From positions 1 through 60,387 of IMG/VR virus record IMGVR_UViG_3300025621_000007: DNA of 60,387 nt; one strand, written 5' to 3'. The stretch is from a virus (Duplodnaviria > Caudoviricetes). The notes beneath the pieces are model-generated. The model had not been told where the DNA came from and searched no databases. It saw nothing but the letters and a program-made list of their open reading frames with translations. This document shows, piece after piece, positions 25,001-33,838 of this stretch; within the stretch, counting starts at the first letter, position 1; each line of letters opens with the position of its first letter. The translations under genes were made by a program, and so were the position numbers.

Positions 25001-27367
25001 GAAGCGCTAAACAAAGAGGCTGACATCTTAGCCAGCAAAGAAGTCGCCGTTACCGCTCTTTTAAACTTCTCCCTCACGGGCGAGGAAAAACTGGATAAGC
25101 TAAAAGAGATTGAAGATGAGAAAGCCGAAATAAAAGTCAAGCTAGAGGGCCTGGGACCGGCGGTTGAAAAAACAGAAAAGCTCAAAGATGAGCTAAGCGA
25201 AGTCGACAAGAAAGAAGCGGAGCTTGTTAAAGAGCGAGACAATGCTGAAAGTGTTTACCCTCAAGACGAACAATCCTCCAAAAAGATAGAAGAGGTAAAT
25301 CTAGAGCTCAAAAAAACCAGCCGTGAAAAGAAAGCGATCATGTTTGAGCTCGCAGGCGCTGAAGTGGCCATTAGCGAGCTAGATGCTATACAAGGTAGGC
25401 TTGACCAACTCACAAATGAAGAGTCTAAAATTAAGTTCGGCACATCGCTGGACGCGATGGCACGCATGCTAAAAGAGATTGAAGACGAGAAAGCCGAAAT
25501 AGAAGTCGAGCTAAAGGGCCTGGAGCCGGCGGTTGAAAAAGCAAAAAAGGAGCTAAGCGAAATCGACAAGAAGGAAGCGGAGCTTGTTAAAGAGCGAGAC
25601 AACGCTGAAAATGCCCTCAAGACGAACCCTCAAGACGAATGGGGTGTTGGAGCAAGAAAGCTAGAAGAAATAAATCTAGAGCTCGAAAAAACCAGCCGTG
25701 AAAAGAAAGCGATCATGTTTGAGCTCGCAGGCGCTGAAGTGGCCCTTAGCGAGATAGATGTTATACAAGATAGACTTGACCAACTCACAAATAAGGAGTC
25801 TAAAATTAAGGTGTCCATGGATGCGTTCGGCAAGCTAAAAGAGATTGAAGACGAGAAAGCCGAAATAAAAGTCAAGCTAAAGGGCTTGGAGCCGGCGGTT
25901 GAAAAAACAGAAAAGCTCAAAGATGAGCTAAGCGAAGTCGACAAGAAGGAAGCGGAGCTTGTTAAAGAGCGAGACAACGCTGAAAATGCCCTCAAGACGA
26001 ACCCTCAAGACGACTGGGGTATTGAAGAAAAAAAGCTAGAAGAAATAAATCTAGAGCTCGAAAAAACCAGCCGTGAAAAGAAAGCGATCATGTTTGAGCT
26101 CGCAGGCGCTGAAGTGGCCATTAGCGAGCTAGATGCTATACAAGGTAGGCTCGACCAACTCACAAATGAGGAGTCTAAAATCAAGGTGTCCATAGATGCG
26201 TTCAGCAATGAATCCGACAGCCCAAAAACTATCGCTGAAAAAGCAGAGCTCAAAAAAGTTCAGGCTGAAAAAATAGAAGTCGAAATGGAACTTAAGGGCG
26301 TAGATCGGTTTAGCGATGACGGGGACGCTCTTACTGCTAAATTAAGAGAACTTACTGAAAAAGAAAACGAATTGCAGTTCTCAATCGCAATACCTCAAAA
26401 AGAAAAGGCCGAAAAAGTAATCACGGAAATTCAAACGGAAAAAACCGAGATCCAAGTAGAGCTGGCAGGCGCGGAGGAGGGGTCTAAAAAAGCAAAAGCC
26501 CTGCAAGACGAAATAGATGGCCTTACAGAGACTGAAAACCTGATAAAATTCTCAATAGCAACACCTAAAGAAAAATTTGATATTCTTAGAAAAGAAGAAA
26601 ATGACCGGCTAAGGAAGTCTCTCGAAAAACAAGCCGAAGATCAAAAGATGCCAAAAGACAAAGCGAAGGCATTTGTCGAGGCTGGGATGAACAGGAAAAA
26701 AGCAACTGACGACGCTAAGGACGATGCGCTAGAGGCCCCAATCAAAGCCGAAAACAACTCGGCGCAATCGAGGCTCAGGATCGAGCAACTTATCCTACAA
26801 GGGAAGTTCGAAGCCGCAAGTAAAGAGCAAGAGATGCTTGACGCTGCGGAAGCTAGGCTTAAGAAGGAGCAAAGGATTAACGAACTTGTAAAGGGCGGGA
26901 TGGACCCTGACAAGGCCGCAGATTTTGCAAATCAAGAGGAGAAAAATAAGGATCAAGGTGACGAGAACACTAAGAACGCATTCCGAAAGGACTCAAAGCT
27001 TCGTGCACAAAGGGACAAGGCTATTGCTGAAGGCGATAAGAAAAAGGCGCGGGCTATTGATGACTTCGAAGAGTTCGAATCAATAAAGAAGCGGGGAATG
27101 GACAACAAGCTTGGGGCAACAGAGTCAGAAGCCCTCGCTCGTGATGAAATGAAGTCCAAAATCCAGAAGGAAGCCAAAGAAGCACTTCAGGTTACCGGGT
27201 CTTACCTGCAATCGATTGGCGGTGGTGGTAGGGCAGTAGGCAATGACCCCGCTAAAATTGCAGCAGAGAGGCTTCAAAATCTCGACAAGACAACTCAGAA
27301 CATCTATAAGTGGCTCGAGAACAACAAGAACAATGGCGGCCAGCCAGATGACACATTTACTATTTAA
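22052..27367 (+). CDS. Tape measure protein
   Basis: FESLL.G...A...IAELVDFADKTPFE tape-measure domain, hydrophobic segments, long helical repeats, C-terminal LQSIGGGG. Confidence 0.9.
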   Translation: MAKNPKAKVDVEIQATGAAKFKAATKGLGTGLTVGLITAVAEGKKFKAVWEGVKWGAMARVGVANLALISGSAIAATKAIIGLVRGSEAMARGLERAANIEMKTTQFESLLKGASLAKQRIAELVDFADKTPFEIEGIAEASKMLEVLGRGDLSGIKTITMVGDAAAVAGRELNEVAFWIGRFYDGVKSGRPVGEAATRLQEMGLITGDLRARIESLNQAGGDMTVVWGEVEAALGRTKGGMEKMSETMKGLQSTYDDTRASLDQALAKNFLDEEKKKLEDIIKIMKNLTPVFEDTGAVIAAISGPVNTAGKAFLAWATSLKIVQVAIGTLTRAIVALAVVATPVFIYKLIKALISLNLTTKAVTVSTRLLSAAQLAGRAAALSLAKGNTIAGNSYIFLGKASKKAALGLAAFNGGAKTAAAAGAGAQAIPLIGKAKIPKGVVAGFKVATKGISLALRGIGKAFSFLVSTFLGKFLGIIGAVAVVWQLIGAFKKAKEAGNAVTAAAKEMNTSLMKMASTVKNLNGLWEYQDKIAGALSTAYEKLGTALGEMGNDSELAKLLGMSEASEEVEALQKQISQLKAMLSGATSDDRFSKSKKDRELAAKDDERKDTNKVRDIDAEIAAEKDGAKKIRLIREKKLLFEQKGETGRDIDKGNAETEKRLRGAAVKGKADSATNEIKSILNQIEAIEDTGVVNKTLGTGAGFIGAAELKEDIAEAKKQKEKDISKGMDSGDAELKFNRTVGGLLKEVSERRKEGGRTFDQAGNDSEDFDAMEARGQALLDESDKLEAAQEKGRQIKRDSDSLPQRQAQAKADAIRLGTKNDKNGVTVKKDDVNDSMKETLSKFGAVESPSGDLSITLEQLQDIDVAIDKNAKLAAEWTNNLGMSDDIQREINAQLRQQKEIREEINAEIDATNAETDKIKFEAEVGKIKPLDVNTDLLERSLDKVEERKLEIAQEIDIKASELKSPNIEAAEALELRDQIEALNKEADILASKEVAVTALLNFSLTGEEKLDKLKEIEDEKAEIKVKLEGLGPAVEKTEKLKDELSEVDKKEAELVKERDNAESVYPQDEQSSKKIEEVNLELKKTSREKKAIMFELAGAEVAISELDAIQGRLDQLTNEESKIKFGTSLDAMARMLKEIEDEKAEIEVELKGLEPAVEKAKKELSEIDKKEAELVKERDNAENALKTNPQDEWGVGARKLEEINLELEKTSREKKAIMFELAGAEVALSEIDVIQDRLDQLTNKESKIKVSMDAFGKLKEIEDEKAEIKVKLKGLEPAVEKTEKLKDELSEVDKKEAELVKERDNAENALKTNPQDDWGIEEKKLEEINLELEKTSREKKAIMFELAGAEVAISELDAIQGRLDQLTNEESKIKVSIDAFSNESDSPKTIAEKAELKKVQAEKIEVEMELKGVDRFSDDGDALTAKLRELTEKENELQFSIAIPQKEKAEKVITEIQTEKTEIQVELAGAEEGSKKAKALQDEIDGLTETENLIKFSIATPKEKFDILRKEENDRLRKSLEKQAEDQKMPKDKAKAFVEAGMNRKKATDDAKDDALEAPIKAENNSAQSRLRIEQLILQGKFEAASKEQEMLDAAEARLKKEQRINELVKGGMDPDKAADFANQEEKNKDQGDENTKNAFRKDSKLRAQRDKAIAEGDKKKARAIDDFEEFESIKKRGMDNKLGATESEALARDEMKSKIQKEAKEALQVTGSYLQSIGGGGRAVGNDPAKIAAERLQNLDKTTQNIYKWLENNKNNGGQPDDTFTI
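25099..26200 (+). repeat. Three near-identical ~122-aa tandem repeats (periods 369 and 366 bp) in the tape measure gene
   Basis: LKEIEDEKAEI...FELAGAEVA...LDQLTN.ESKIK repeated from 25099, 25468, 25834. Confidence 0.9.
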
Positions 27368-27373
27368 CCAATT

Positions 27374-28150
27374 ATGGCAGCAAACTTAACATATTACGGA
27401 AAAACCGACTCATGGATGCTCCAACCAGAAAGTGTTTCGGCCACCGTCGATGACCGTGGTGTATGGTCATCGCAGGCGACTTACAAAACGATGTCTGCGA
27501 TCGGGTCCGTTCCTGCATTCCCAGCCGAGGTCGCCCTAGGAGCTGCGTTCCCGATGAATGGGGACTATAACTGCGACTGCTTCTGCAATAAAAGGACAAT
27601 TCAAGGGGGGATAGGATTCACAACCGTGACCGGTTCTTACGTCGGGTTAGGGAACGTGGGAGGGGGCAGCTCAACAAGTCAAAGCGAGGTCAGAACTGAG
27701 TGGATTTGTAACACCCAAGCCAGCCCCATCCAAACGCACCCTGACTTCGAGGATAAATTGAAGCAGTATGCAGTAATGGACGAAGACGACCTTTTTGTCG
27801 ATTTCCCCGCGTCCGCTCCTAAGGGATTAGGCGGCATAACAGACTTTCTTGAGCCCGCTGCGACCCTTAGAGTCTCGTGGGTCGAAAAGACATCTCAAGC
27901 AAAGGGGACGATCAGTAAATATACAAAGCAAATAGGAAAGATATCTGACCCACCAAAGTTTGCAGAGTTTGATCTACCTACTGGGAATAGAAACTTTCTT
28001 CTGAACTCGTTTGATTTTTCATTTTATGCCAAAGGCGCGGGCGAAGAGGCGAAGTGGGCTGAGCTGTCACTAGACTTTATGTTAAGCCAGGCAGATGGCT
28101 GGAATGAAGATATATATAAAGAGGCCAGCGGCATAACAAACGGAAACTGA
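27374..28150 (+). CDS. Tail tip/distal tail protein (putative)
   Basis: Directly after TMP; PIQTHPDF, GWNEDIY motifs. Confidence 0.55.
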   Translation: MAANLTYYGKTDSWMLQPESVSATVDDRGVWSSQATYKTMSAIGSVPAFPAEVALGAAFPMNGDYNCDCFCNKRTIQGGIGFTTVTGSYVGLGNVGGGSSTSQSEVRTEWICNTQASPIQTHPDFEDKLKQYAVMDEDDLFVDFPASAPKGLGGITDFLEPAATLRVSWVEKTSQAKGTISKYTKQIGKISDPPKFAEFDLPTGNRNFLLNSFDFSFYAKGAGEEAKWAELSLDFMLSQADGWNEDIYKEASGITNGN

Positions 28151-28830
28151 TGAAGAAAAACAAAACCAACGAGTTGAGGGCTCTGGTCCGAGCTAGGAGC
28201 AAAAACAAGACGACCAATATCCTCAATAGTGGGGTTAATATGAGAGCCAGCCCAACAGGGTATCATATCTCTATGAGAAGGCAGCGAAGGGCCAGGGGGG
28301 GTGGTTCAAATTGTAATAGCTGGACACTAAGCGTTAGATACGATGCTGAGAAAAAAATCTACTACGGAAGGGTCGGGGTTGGATTTCATGGGTTTAAGAG
28401 GCCAGCTCCCTTTATAAAAAACGGGAAGGACGTTAGCTTTTACGAAGACTCACTCAATGGGAAGACCAAATCACAGCAAGTTGGGTTAAAGATCCCTTTC
28501 AGGGCCGTGGTTAGTCAGACGGGTTATGTGTTACCGACAACCTTTTTACAGCAGCCGGAAAACTCTGATGACCCTGATGCCGAGCCTACTCCTGAATCTA
28601 TCGTTATAGAGGACTTTGACAATTATCGGTTCAGCTTCGATCTCCCAAGGGGGAAGGAAGCGGAAGGAGATGTGGTTATGCCTATAGGGTCTTTTATCCA
28701 GGTAGAAAAGGAAACAACAGACTCTGACGGGAAGGTGACAAAAACGGTATCCTGGACGGTCGGTCAGCAGCTTGTTTCATGTGATAATACAGGGGTATTC
28801 TCTCCATTCATGGGCTATACGATCTTCTAA
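28150..28830 (+). CDS. Putative tail tip protein
   Basis: Coupled ORF in tail-tip block. Confidence 0.5.
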   Translation: MKKNKTNELRALVRARSKNKTTNILNSGVNMRASPTGYHISMRRQRRARGGGSNCNSWTLSVRYDAEKKIYYGRVGVGFHGFKRPAPFIKNGKDVSFYEDSLNGKTKSQQVGLKIPFRAVVSQTGYVLPTTFLQQPENSDDPDAEPTPESIVIEDFDNYRFSFDLPRGKEAEGDVVMPIGSFIQVEKETTDSDGKVTKTVSWTVGQQLVSCDNTGVFSPFMGYTIF

Positions 28831-28832
28831 GG

Positions 28833-30764
28833 ATGCTTTATCGAGATTTTCCAAGCAAAACGGACCCCCCTATAATAGAAGATGTAAGGGAGGTCGCTGA
28901 AGGTATTTGGAGTTCCGATCCGGACGCTTATATTAGCTTTGAACCGTATGGTGGCTACGGGCAAACTATTAACGAGACACCCAATGTGGTAAGAATTTTT
29001 ACTGACGGCCTTATTGCCCAGGCGACAAAAAAGACTATAATTAAGAACGATGTAAAAGTCTTAACACAGGTTATAACGGTTCCATCTTTTGGCTACGGAT
29101 GCTATAAATACAATGATGACATAAACATCAACACACGCGTGAGGAGAAGAGTCGCCATCGATCCAGAGGCAGAGGAACAACCAGATGACTCAATACCGTG
29201 GTCCCTTGCTTATGCTTACGATTCTGTCTATAACCCTACTCTTCTAAGCATTCTTTTTCGCTTAGGAAATGACTACGTTACGAGGGAAAATGCAATCCCC
29301 GGTTCGGCACAAGAAGGGGACAGTGAAATTTTAGGTCTTCAAGGGACTCCTTGGGAAGCTTTATTGTCTGATGCAGGGATAGAAGGTTGCAGCGTTAAGT
29401 CTGAGAGGGTTGGAGGGCAGTTTGATGGTTATACGACATACACCATCGAGTTTCCGGAACTAGAGGATGGAGAGAGCGAGCCTGGGCTTATCGAGCTAAG
29501 GTCTTCTGAATCGTTTGTCTCTCGCGTGGCATCACTTCAGCTTGCTGGAGGGGGGTTGGATTACTCGTTGATTTTCGGAATAGACAATAGCTCTACCGGA
29601 CGCTTGGGGACGGAGTATGGATTGTTAATGGACGATTATAAGGGGCTTGACGAGCCGGTATTAGTCCAAGAGGCTGATCCCAATCCTCGATTCGGGAATC
29701 CTACCCCTAACTATTGGGAAATCCCGATAAAAAAAGCAAACAAGGAGATGGTTCGTCTCCGTCCTGTAATTACACACGGCACTGTTGTGTTTTCAGGGCC
29801 TCAGAAATACGTATCAAAAAATGAGTATCGGAATACAACCACCACAACGAAAGTTGTGCTTAATGATGATGGGTTGGGCTACAGCTTTGAAAGCGAAACC
29901 GACGTCAGTGAAGGTGGTGGTGGACCTGACCCGGCGGTAATAACAACGTCATCTCTCGCTCCTACAATTAAGACGGTCCACAATAATATGGTGGCTAAGT
30001 TCGAGGAAAAAAGATACATTTTGGGGTCAGGTGTGTCAGGTGGTAATAGCCAATTCTACGGTGGTCAGGGCCTCCAGGTTGATAAAGTTCCTTTTGACTG
30101 GCCAAGCCCTGGCAGTGAAAAGGTGGTTCCTGGGAATCCTGATGCCCCGTATGATTTTGGGTCTATAACCTATAAGAAGTCCTACTTTTTCGCGCATCTA
30201 CCAATGAATAGCCCTATTTTAAAATGGGATTATGTGGTTCATGAGGCCACTAGTGAGGGGCAACTTTACTTCGCAGATTTCACCCCGACAAATAATCATA
30301 AAATTGTAACTTTGGACTTCACCAACGCAGAGCAAGTTGCCGTCACTTTTGCTGCTGGTGATAGGAGCGATGATCCAAACTACAACCCTGATGATGACCC
30401 TTTGAGTGGTCTTGAGTTTCAGGAGAATGCTCTTTTCCTTGATTGCACTGAAGCGATGGATCAGTCGGATAGGTCGGAGATTGCATGGCTGTATTATTTC
30501 CCATCCAGACCTTATTATGGGCCTCCAGTGGAGGGTGAGGAAGAGGAAGAGCCTTACGTGGTTACGTCAGGAATGTATGCTTACACCAGCAATGCTTGGA
30601 GTATTCTGCCTTTCCCGACTGATTTTGGAAGTGTTAATGACTATATGCTCCCTGAGAATGAGGTAAAAGGTTTGGGCGGTAAGAAGCTGTGGCCTGATGA
30701 ATTACCTAAATGGCATGAGACAACTGAGACTTTTGTTATTGAGGTTGAGGGAGAAGGTGCGTGA
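28833..30764 (+). CDS. Acidic putative tail protein
   Basis: 643-aa ORF ending the tail operon. Confidence 0.55.
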   Translation: MLYRDFPSKTDPPIIEDVREVAEGIWSSDPDAYISFEPYGGYGQTINETPNVVRIFTDGLIAQATKKTIIKNDVKVLTQVITVPSFGYGCYKYNDDININTRVRRRVAIDPEAEEQPDDSIPWSLAYAYDSVYNPTLLSILFRLGNDYVTRENAIPGSAQEGDSEILGLQGTPWEALLSDAGIEGCSVKSERVGGQFDGYTTYTIEFPELEDGESEPGLIELRSSESFVSRVASLQLAGGGLDYSLIFGIDNSSTGRLGTEYGLLMDDYKGLDEPVLVQEADPNPRFGNPTPNYWEIPIKKANKEMVRLRPVITHGTVVFSGPQKYVSKNEYRNTTTTTKVVLNDDGLGYSFESETDVSEGGGGPDPAVITTSSLAPTIKTVHNNMVAKFEEKRYILGSGVSGGNSQFYGGQGLQVDKVPFDWPSPGSEKVVPGNPDAPYDFGSITYKKSYFFAHLPMNSPILKWDYVVHEATSEGQLYFADFTPTNNHKIVTLDFTNAEQVAVTFAAGDRSDDPNYNPDDDPLSGLEFQENALFLDCTEAMDQSDRSEIAWLYYFPSRPYYGPPVEGEEEEEPYVVTSGMYAYTSNAWSILPFPTDFGSVNDYMLPENEVKGLGGKKLWPDELPKWHETTETFVIEVEGEGA

Positions 30765-30776
30765 CACGCACGTCAC
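30761..30776. promoter_or_regulatory. Operator copy 3 (GTGACACGCACGTCAC)
   Basis: Shares 19 nt with the reverse complement of 57462-57480; 24 nt upstream of a -35 box. Confidence 0.65.
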
Positions 30777-30800
30777 ACTTCTAACAGTTTGTCTTTTTAT

Positions 30801-30829
30801 TTGACGACTTCTGCAAACTCGGATAGACC
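30801..30829 (+). promoter_or_regulatory. Putative sigma70 promoter of the replication operon (TTGACG-17-TAGACC)
   Basis: Canonical spacing; start of long intergenic leader. Confidence 0.5.
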
Positions 30830-30838
30830 CTTGGGGCA

Positions 30839-30952
30839 AGAGGATCAACGATCCTCTGACTGAGCATGACGACGACGACCAACCCAAACTGGGTCCTCCT
30901 TGAGGGACCCCGAAACCGACCCACCTTGATGCGGTCGTCAGTTGTTAGGCTC
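30839..30952 (+). ncRNA. Candidate structured leader RNA
   Basis: Hairpin AGAGGATC/GATCCTCT; long stem GAGCATGACGACGACGACC / GGTCGTCAGTTGTTAGGCTC with G-U pairs enclosing hairpin GGGTCCTC/GAGGGACCC. Confidence 0.45.
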
Positions 30953-30963
30953 TCTGTAGAGGC

Positions 30964-31007
30964 AAAAAAAGACACAGGCGGCCTCCGTAGAGAACCACCT
31001 GTATCTT
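30964..31007 (-). terminator. Minus-strand intrinsic terminator with cUACGg tetraloop
   Basis: Reverse complement AAGATACAGGTGGTTCTC-TACG-GAGGCCGCCTGTGTC-TTTTTTT; pairs only on the minus strand (G-U vs C-A). Confidence 0.65.
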
Positions 31008-31097
31008 ACTTTGAGTCCGGACGAGGGACGACGACATGGAAAACATACCAAATTTGCACTAAATAGCAACAACAAAACAAACAAAAAACAAAACAAC

Positions 31098-31925
31098 ATG
31101 AGCACTGGATTATCAATATACGAGAAAATAAACGACCCGATTCAAGCGGTCACACAGCTTGGCGAAATGTTCACCCGATCAGGGATGTTCGGATGTCAGA
31201 AGATTGAACAAGGACAGGTCTTAGCACTAGCCTGCATAAGCGAAAAAGTAAGCCCCTTTGAGCTTGTCAAAACATACCACATAATCGAGGGTAAACTAGA
31301 GATGAAGTCTAGCGCAATGCTGGCAAGATTTCTTGATATGGGCGGCAAGTGCATTTGGAAGTCAGACCTGCAATCTGAAGATGTTGCAGCGGCTCACTTC
31401 GAGTTTCAAGACAACAAAGGGGATTTTAGCTATTCGATGGAGGATGCGAAGCGAGAAGGGCTGTCAGATCGTAAAGTCTGGAAAAAGCACGGCCCTGATA
31501 TGTTGAGGGCGAGATTGACATCAAAAGTGATCCGAATGCTTGCACCGCAGATCAACGCGGGCATCTACGCTCCAGAAGAGAATGAAGCATTCGGAGTGGC
31601 CCAAGTCGAGAAAGAGCTCAAACTTCCTGAGGCCCCGAAAGCAGAGCCAGTAATCGAAGCGGCAGTCGAGATCATAGAGACCCCTCCTGTCGTGGAAGTT
31701 ACGGAGATCGTCGCAGAGGAGAAGCCTCTTGCTGAGAGAGCAATGGAAGTTATCAAGGGAATCGGAGAGGAGCGAGTAACGCATTTTCTCAAGTCACGAG
31801 GCAAGATTCCTGCGGATGGTGATCTTAGCAATTTGACTGATGCTTACTATACAAACATTGTAACAATGCCTGAAGTTTTTGAGCGTTCTATACAAGTGGC
31901 TGAAAAAGAGGAAGGGGGTAAATAA
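31098..31925 (+). CDS. RecT/Bet-like single-strand annealing protein
   Basis: IIEGKLEMKSSAMLARF; WKKHGPDMLRAR...IR..AP....GIY.PEE; upstream of nuclease and SSB. Confidence 0.7.
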   Translation: MSTGLSIYEKINDPIQAVTQLGEMFTRSGMFGCQKIEQGQVLALACISEKVSPFELVKTYHIIEGKLEMKSSAMLARFLDMGGKCIWKSDLQSEDVAAAHFEFQDNKGDFSYSMEDAKREGLSDRKVWKKHGPDMLRARLTSKVIRMLAPQINAGIYAPEENEAFGVAQVEKELKLPEAPKAEPVIEAAVEIIETPPVVEVTEIVAEEKPLAERAMEVIKGIGEERVTHFLKSRGKIPADGDLSNLTDAYYTNIVTMPEVFERSIQVAEKEEGGK

Positions 31926-33013
31926 TGCCTGCTACAAGACACCACCCATACGGGCCTTCAGCTCTTCCTATGTATAATGCTTGCTCTGCATTTGAGCGGG
32001 CTGAAGACGACGGGAGTCCTTCCAAAGATCGTGACTTCGGCACTGAGGCTCATACTCGACTTGAGGCGATGCTCAAAGGCGAAGATGTCGATTGGGAGGG
32101 CTATTCCCCCTTTGACAAGCAGGAGCTTGAGTGGGCAGTCGATACTGTAAAGTCACAAATGAGCTCAGAGTTCCCTTTAGAGGTCGAGCAAGAGCTCCAG
32201 GTTTTTGGTGATTCCGGTGACGAGCTGACCTTTGGCACAGTCGACGTCGTCAATGGAGACCAAATCTGGGATCTAAAGACAGGCAAGATGGACCCTGACT
32301 TCCATTACCTTCAAATGGCAGCTTATGCTCTTGGAGTTATGCAGAGATCAGGAAAGACAGACAAAGTCCGAGCGACTATTCTTTACTCACGACTTAAAGT
32401 CCCCTATTCTTTTGATATAACGTATGACGAAGCTAAATCAGCAGTCGAAGATGTTTTCGCACGCATCATGTTCGACGAGGCTATTCCCACCCCCAACGAG
32501 AGGTGTGCATATTGTGCAAAAGCAGGGAATTGTGACGCGCTGCTTTCTATAATGGAAAGCCTTACCGGAAACGAGATCCCTGCTGACTGGGAGATCGATC
32601 CTGATTCTTGGGCAATGGTCAGCTCTGTTTGCAAGAAGGCTGATGTATTCATCAGCAACGCTAAGTCGATAATCCGCAAAGGGATGGTCGATGAGGGGGT
32701 GCAAGCTCCAGGCCTCAAAGTGAGAAACTCTCGTGGCAATAGATACATTTCAGACCTTGTTTCGGCATTCCCGAAAGTCGGTCTTAATCAAGAAGAATTT
32801 CTTTCGTGTTGCTCGATTTCGGTCGGCAATCTCGAAGGCAAAGTCGCGGACGTCCGTGGCACAACCAAGAAGGAGACCGAATTCATCCTCGAGGATGAGC
32901 TGGGAGAGCTCCTTCAGCGCGGCAAAGACAAGGCGTTCGTCGTCGAAGACAAGCCGCGAGTTCCCAAAAAACGCAAACCAGCGAAAAAACAAAACAAAAC
33001 AACAAACAAATAA
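31925..33013 (+). CDS. PD-(D/E)XK exonuclease (DUF2800/Cas4-like)
   Basis: GTEAH, FGTVDV, DLKTG, QMAAYALG, CAYC...C. Confidence 0.85.
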   Translation: MPATRHHPYGPSALPMYNACSAFERAEDDGSPSKDRDFGTEAHTRLEAMLKGEDVDWEGYSPFDKQELEWAVDTVKSQMSSEFPLEVEQELQVFGDSGDELTFGTVDVVNGDQIWDLKTGKMDPDFHYLQMAAYALGVMQRSGKTDKVRATILYSRLKVPYSFDITYDEAKSAVEDVFARIMFDEAIPTPNERCAYCAKAGNCDALLSIMESLTGNEIPADWEIDPDSWAMVSSVCKKADVFISNAKSIIRKGMVDEGVQAPGLKVRNSRGNRYISDLVSAFPKVGLNQEEFLSCCSISVGNLEGKVADVRGTTKKETEFILEDELGELLQRGKDKAFVVEDKPRVPKKRKPAKKQNKTTNK

Positions 33014-33020
33014 TAATAAT

Positions 33021-33551
33021 ATGGCAAAAGTAAATATGACCGGCCAAACACAGGCTATCGTCCAATTAGATCCAGGCAAGTATATCGCTGAAATCGTAGG
33101 TTGGGAATTTGGATTCTCTAGCAATGGCAACGAAATGTTGACCGTAGTTATTGAGTGCTGCAAGAACCAAGCTGGCACGGGGGCAAAAGGACGAATCTAC
33201 GATCGTTTGGTGTTCACCTCTAATGCAGCATGGAAAATCGAACAGTTCGTCGAGTGCTTTGCAGCATCCGGAGGAATGGTGGTGAATGTCGGAGACGATG
33301 TTGAGATCGATGATTCGGTAATGGCGAGCACGTTCTTAAACTCCAAAGGCGGGGTTTCGGTTATCCAAGAGACCTACGACGGAAAATCTCGTGCAGTCAT
33401 CGACACCTACGTCCCCTCAAAGGACGCTGGAGTCTTTGCTAAAGGGCATACTCCTCGAGTCCTTACACGCAGTCAGAAAGACGCGGCTCCCGCTCAGGAC
33501 GCTCAGGTTGAGCAATCTCAGGTTGTAGTTGAAGACGACATCCCCTTTTAA
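33021..33551 (+). CDS. DUF669-like single-stranded DNA-binding protein
   Basis: PGKY.A.I...E...SSNGNEML; DRLVFT..AAWK; C-terminal EDDIPF. Confidence 0.8.
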   Translation: MAKVNMTGQTQAIVQLDPGKYIAEIVGWEFGFSSNGNEMLTVVIECCKNQAGTGAKGRIYDRLVFTSNAAWKIEQFVECFAASGGMVVNVGDDVEIDDSVMASTFLNSKGGVSVIQETYDGKSRAVIDTYVPSKDAGVFAKGHTPRVLTRSQKDAAPAQDAQVEQSQVVVEDDIPF

Positions 33552-33838
33552 TGGTTGATAATAACAGAGCTGCATTCGGTCCAATCGGGCGGGATGCAGC
33601 TTCCCTTTGGGAACTATGGGTAGAAGAAGAGGCTCGCTTCTGGCTTGAGGAAAACCCGAATTCATGGTTTCCTAAATCATACTCAATGGATAGCAACTTT
33701 AAGTTCGGGATAGACCCTCAAAAAATAGCGGAAAAAAACGGCTGGAGTTTCTCTGACGGGCTAATACTATTGGCCTTTTATATCCCCATAAACGAAACCC
33801 TGAAATGGAACGACAAAGGGCTCACACGAAAAAACTAA
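33551..33838 (+). CDS. Hypothetical protein
   Basis: Coupled ORF. Confidence 0.55.
   Translation: MVDNNRAAFGPIGRDAASLWELWVEEEARFWLEENPNSWFPKSYSMDSNFKFGIDPQKIAEKNGWSFSDGLILLAFYIPINETLKWNDKGLTRKN

Noticed and set aside
23332-27177. Long minus-strand ORFs within the tape measure gene
   Set aside because: Ser/Leu/Phe-rich antisense shadows of a K/E-rich coding strand
31925-33013. Cas4-like nuclease as CRISPR component
   Set aside because: Lies between SSAP and SSB, the normal phage recombination context
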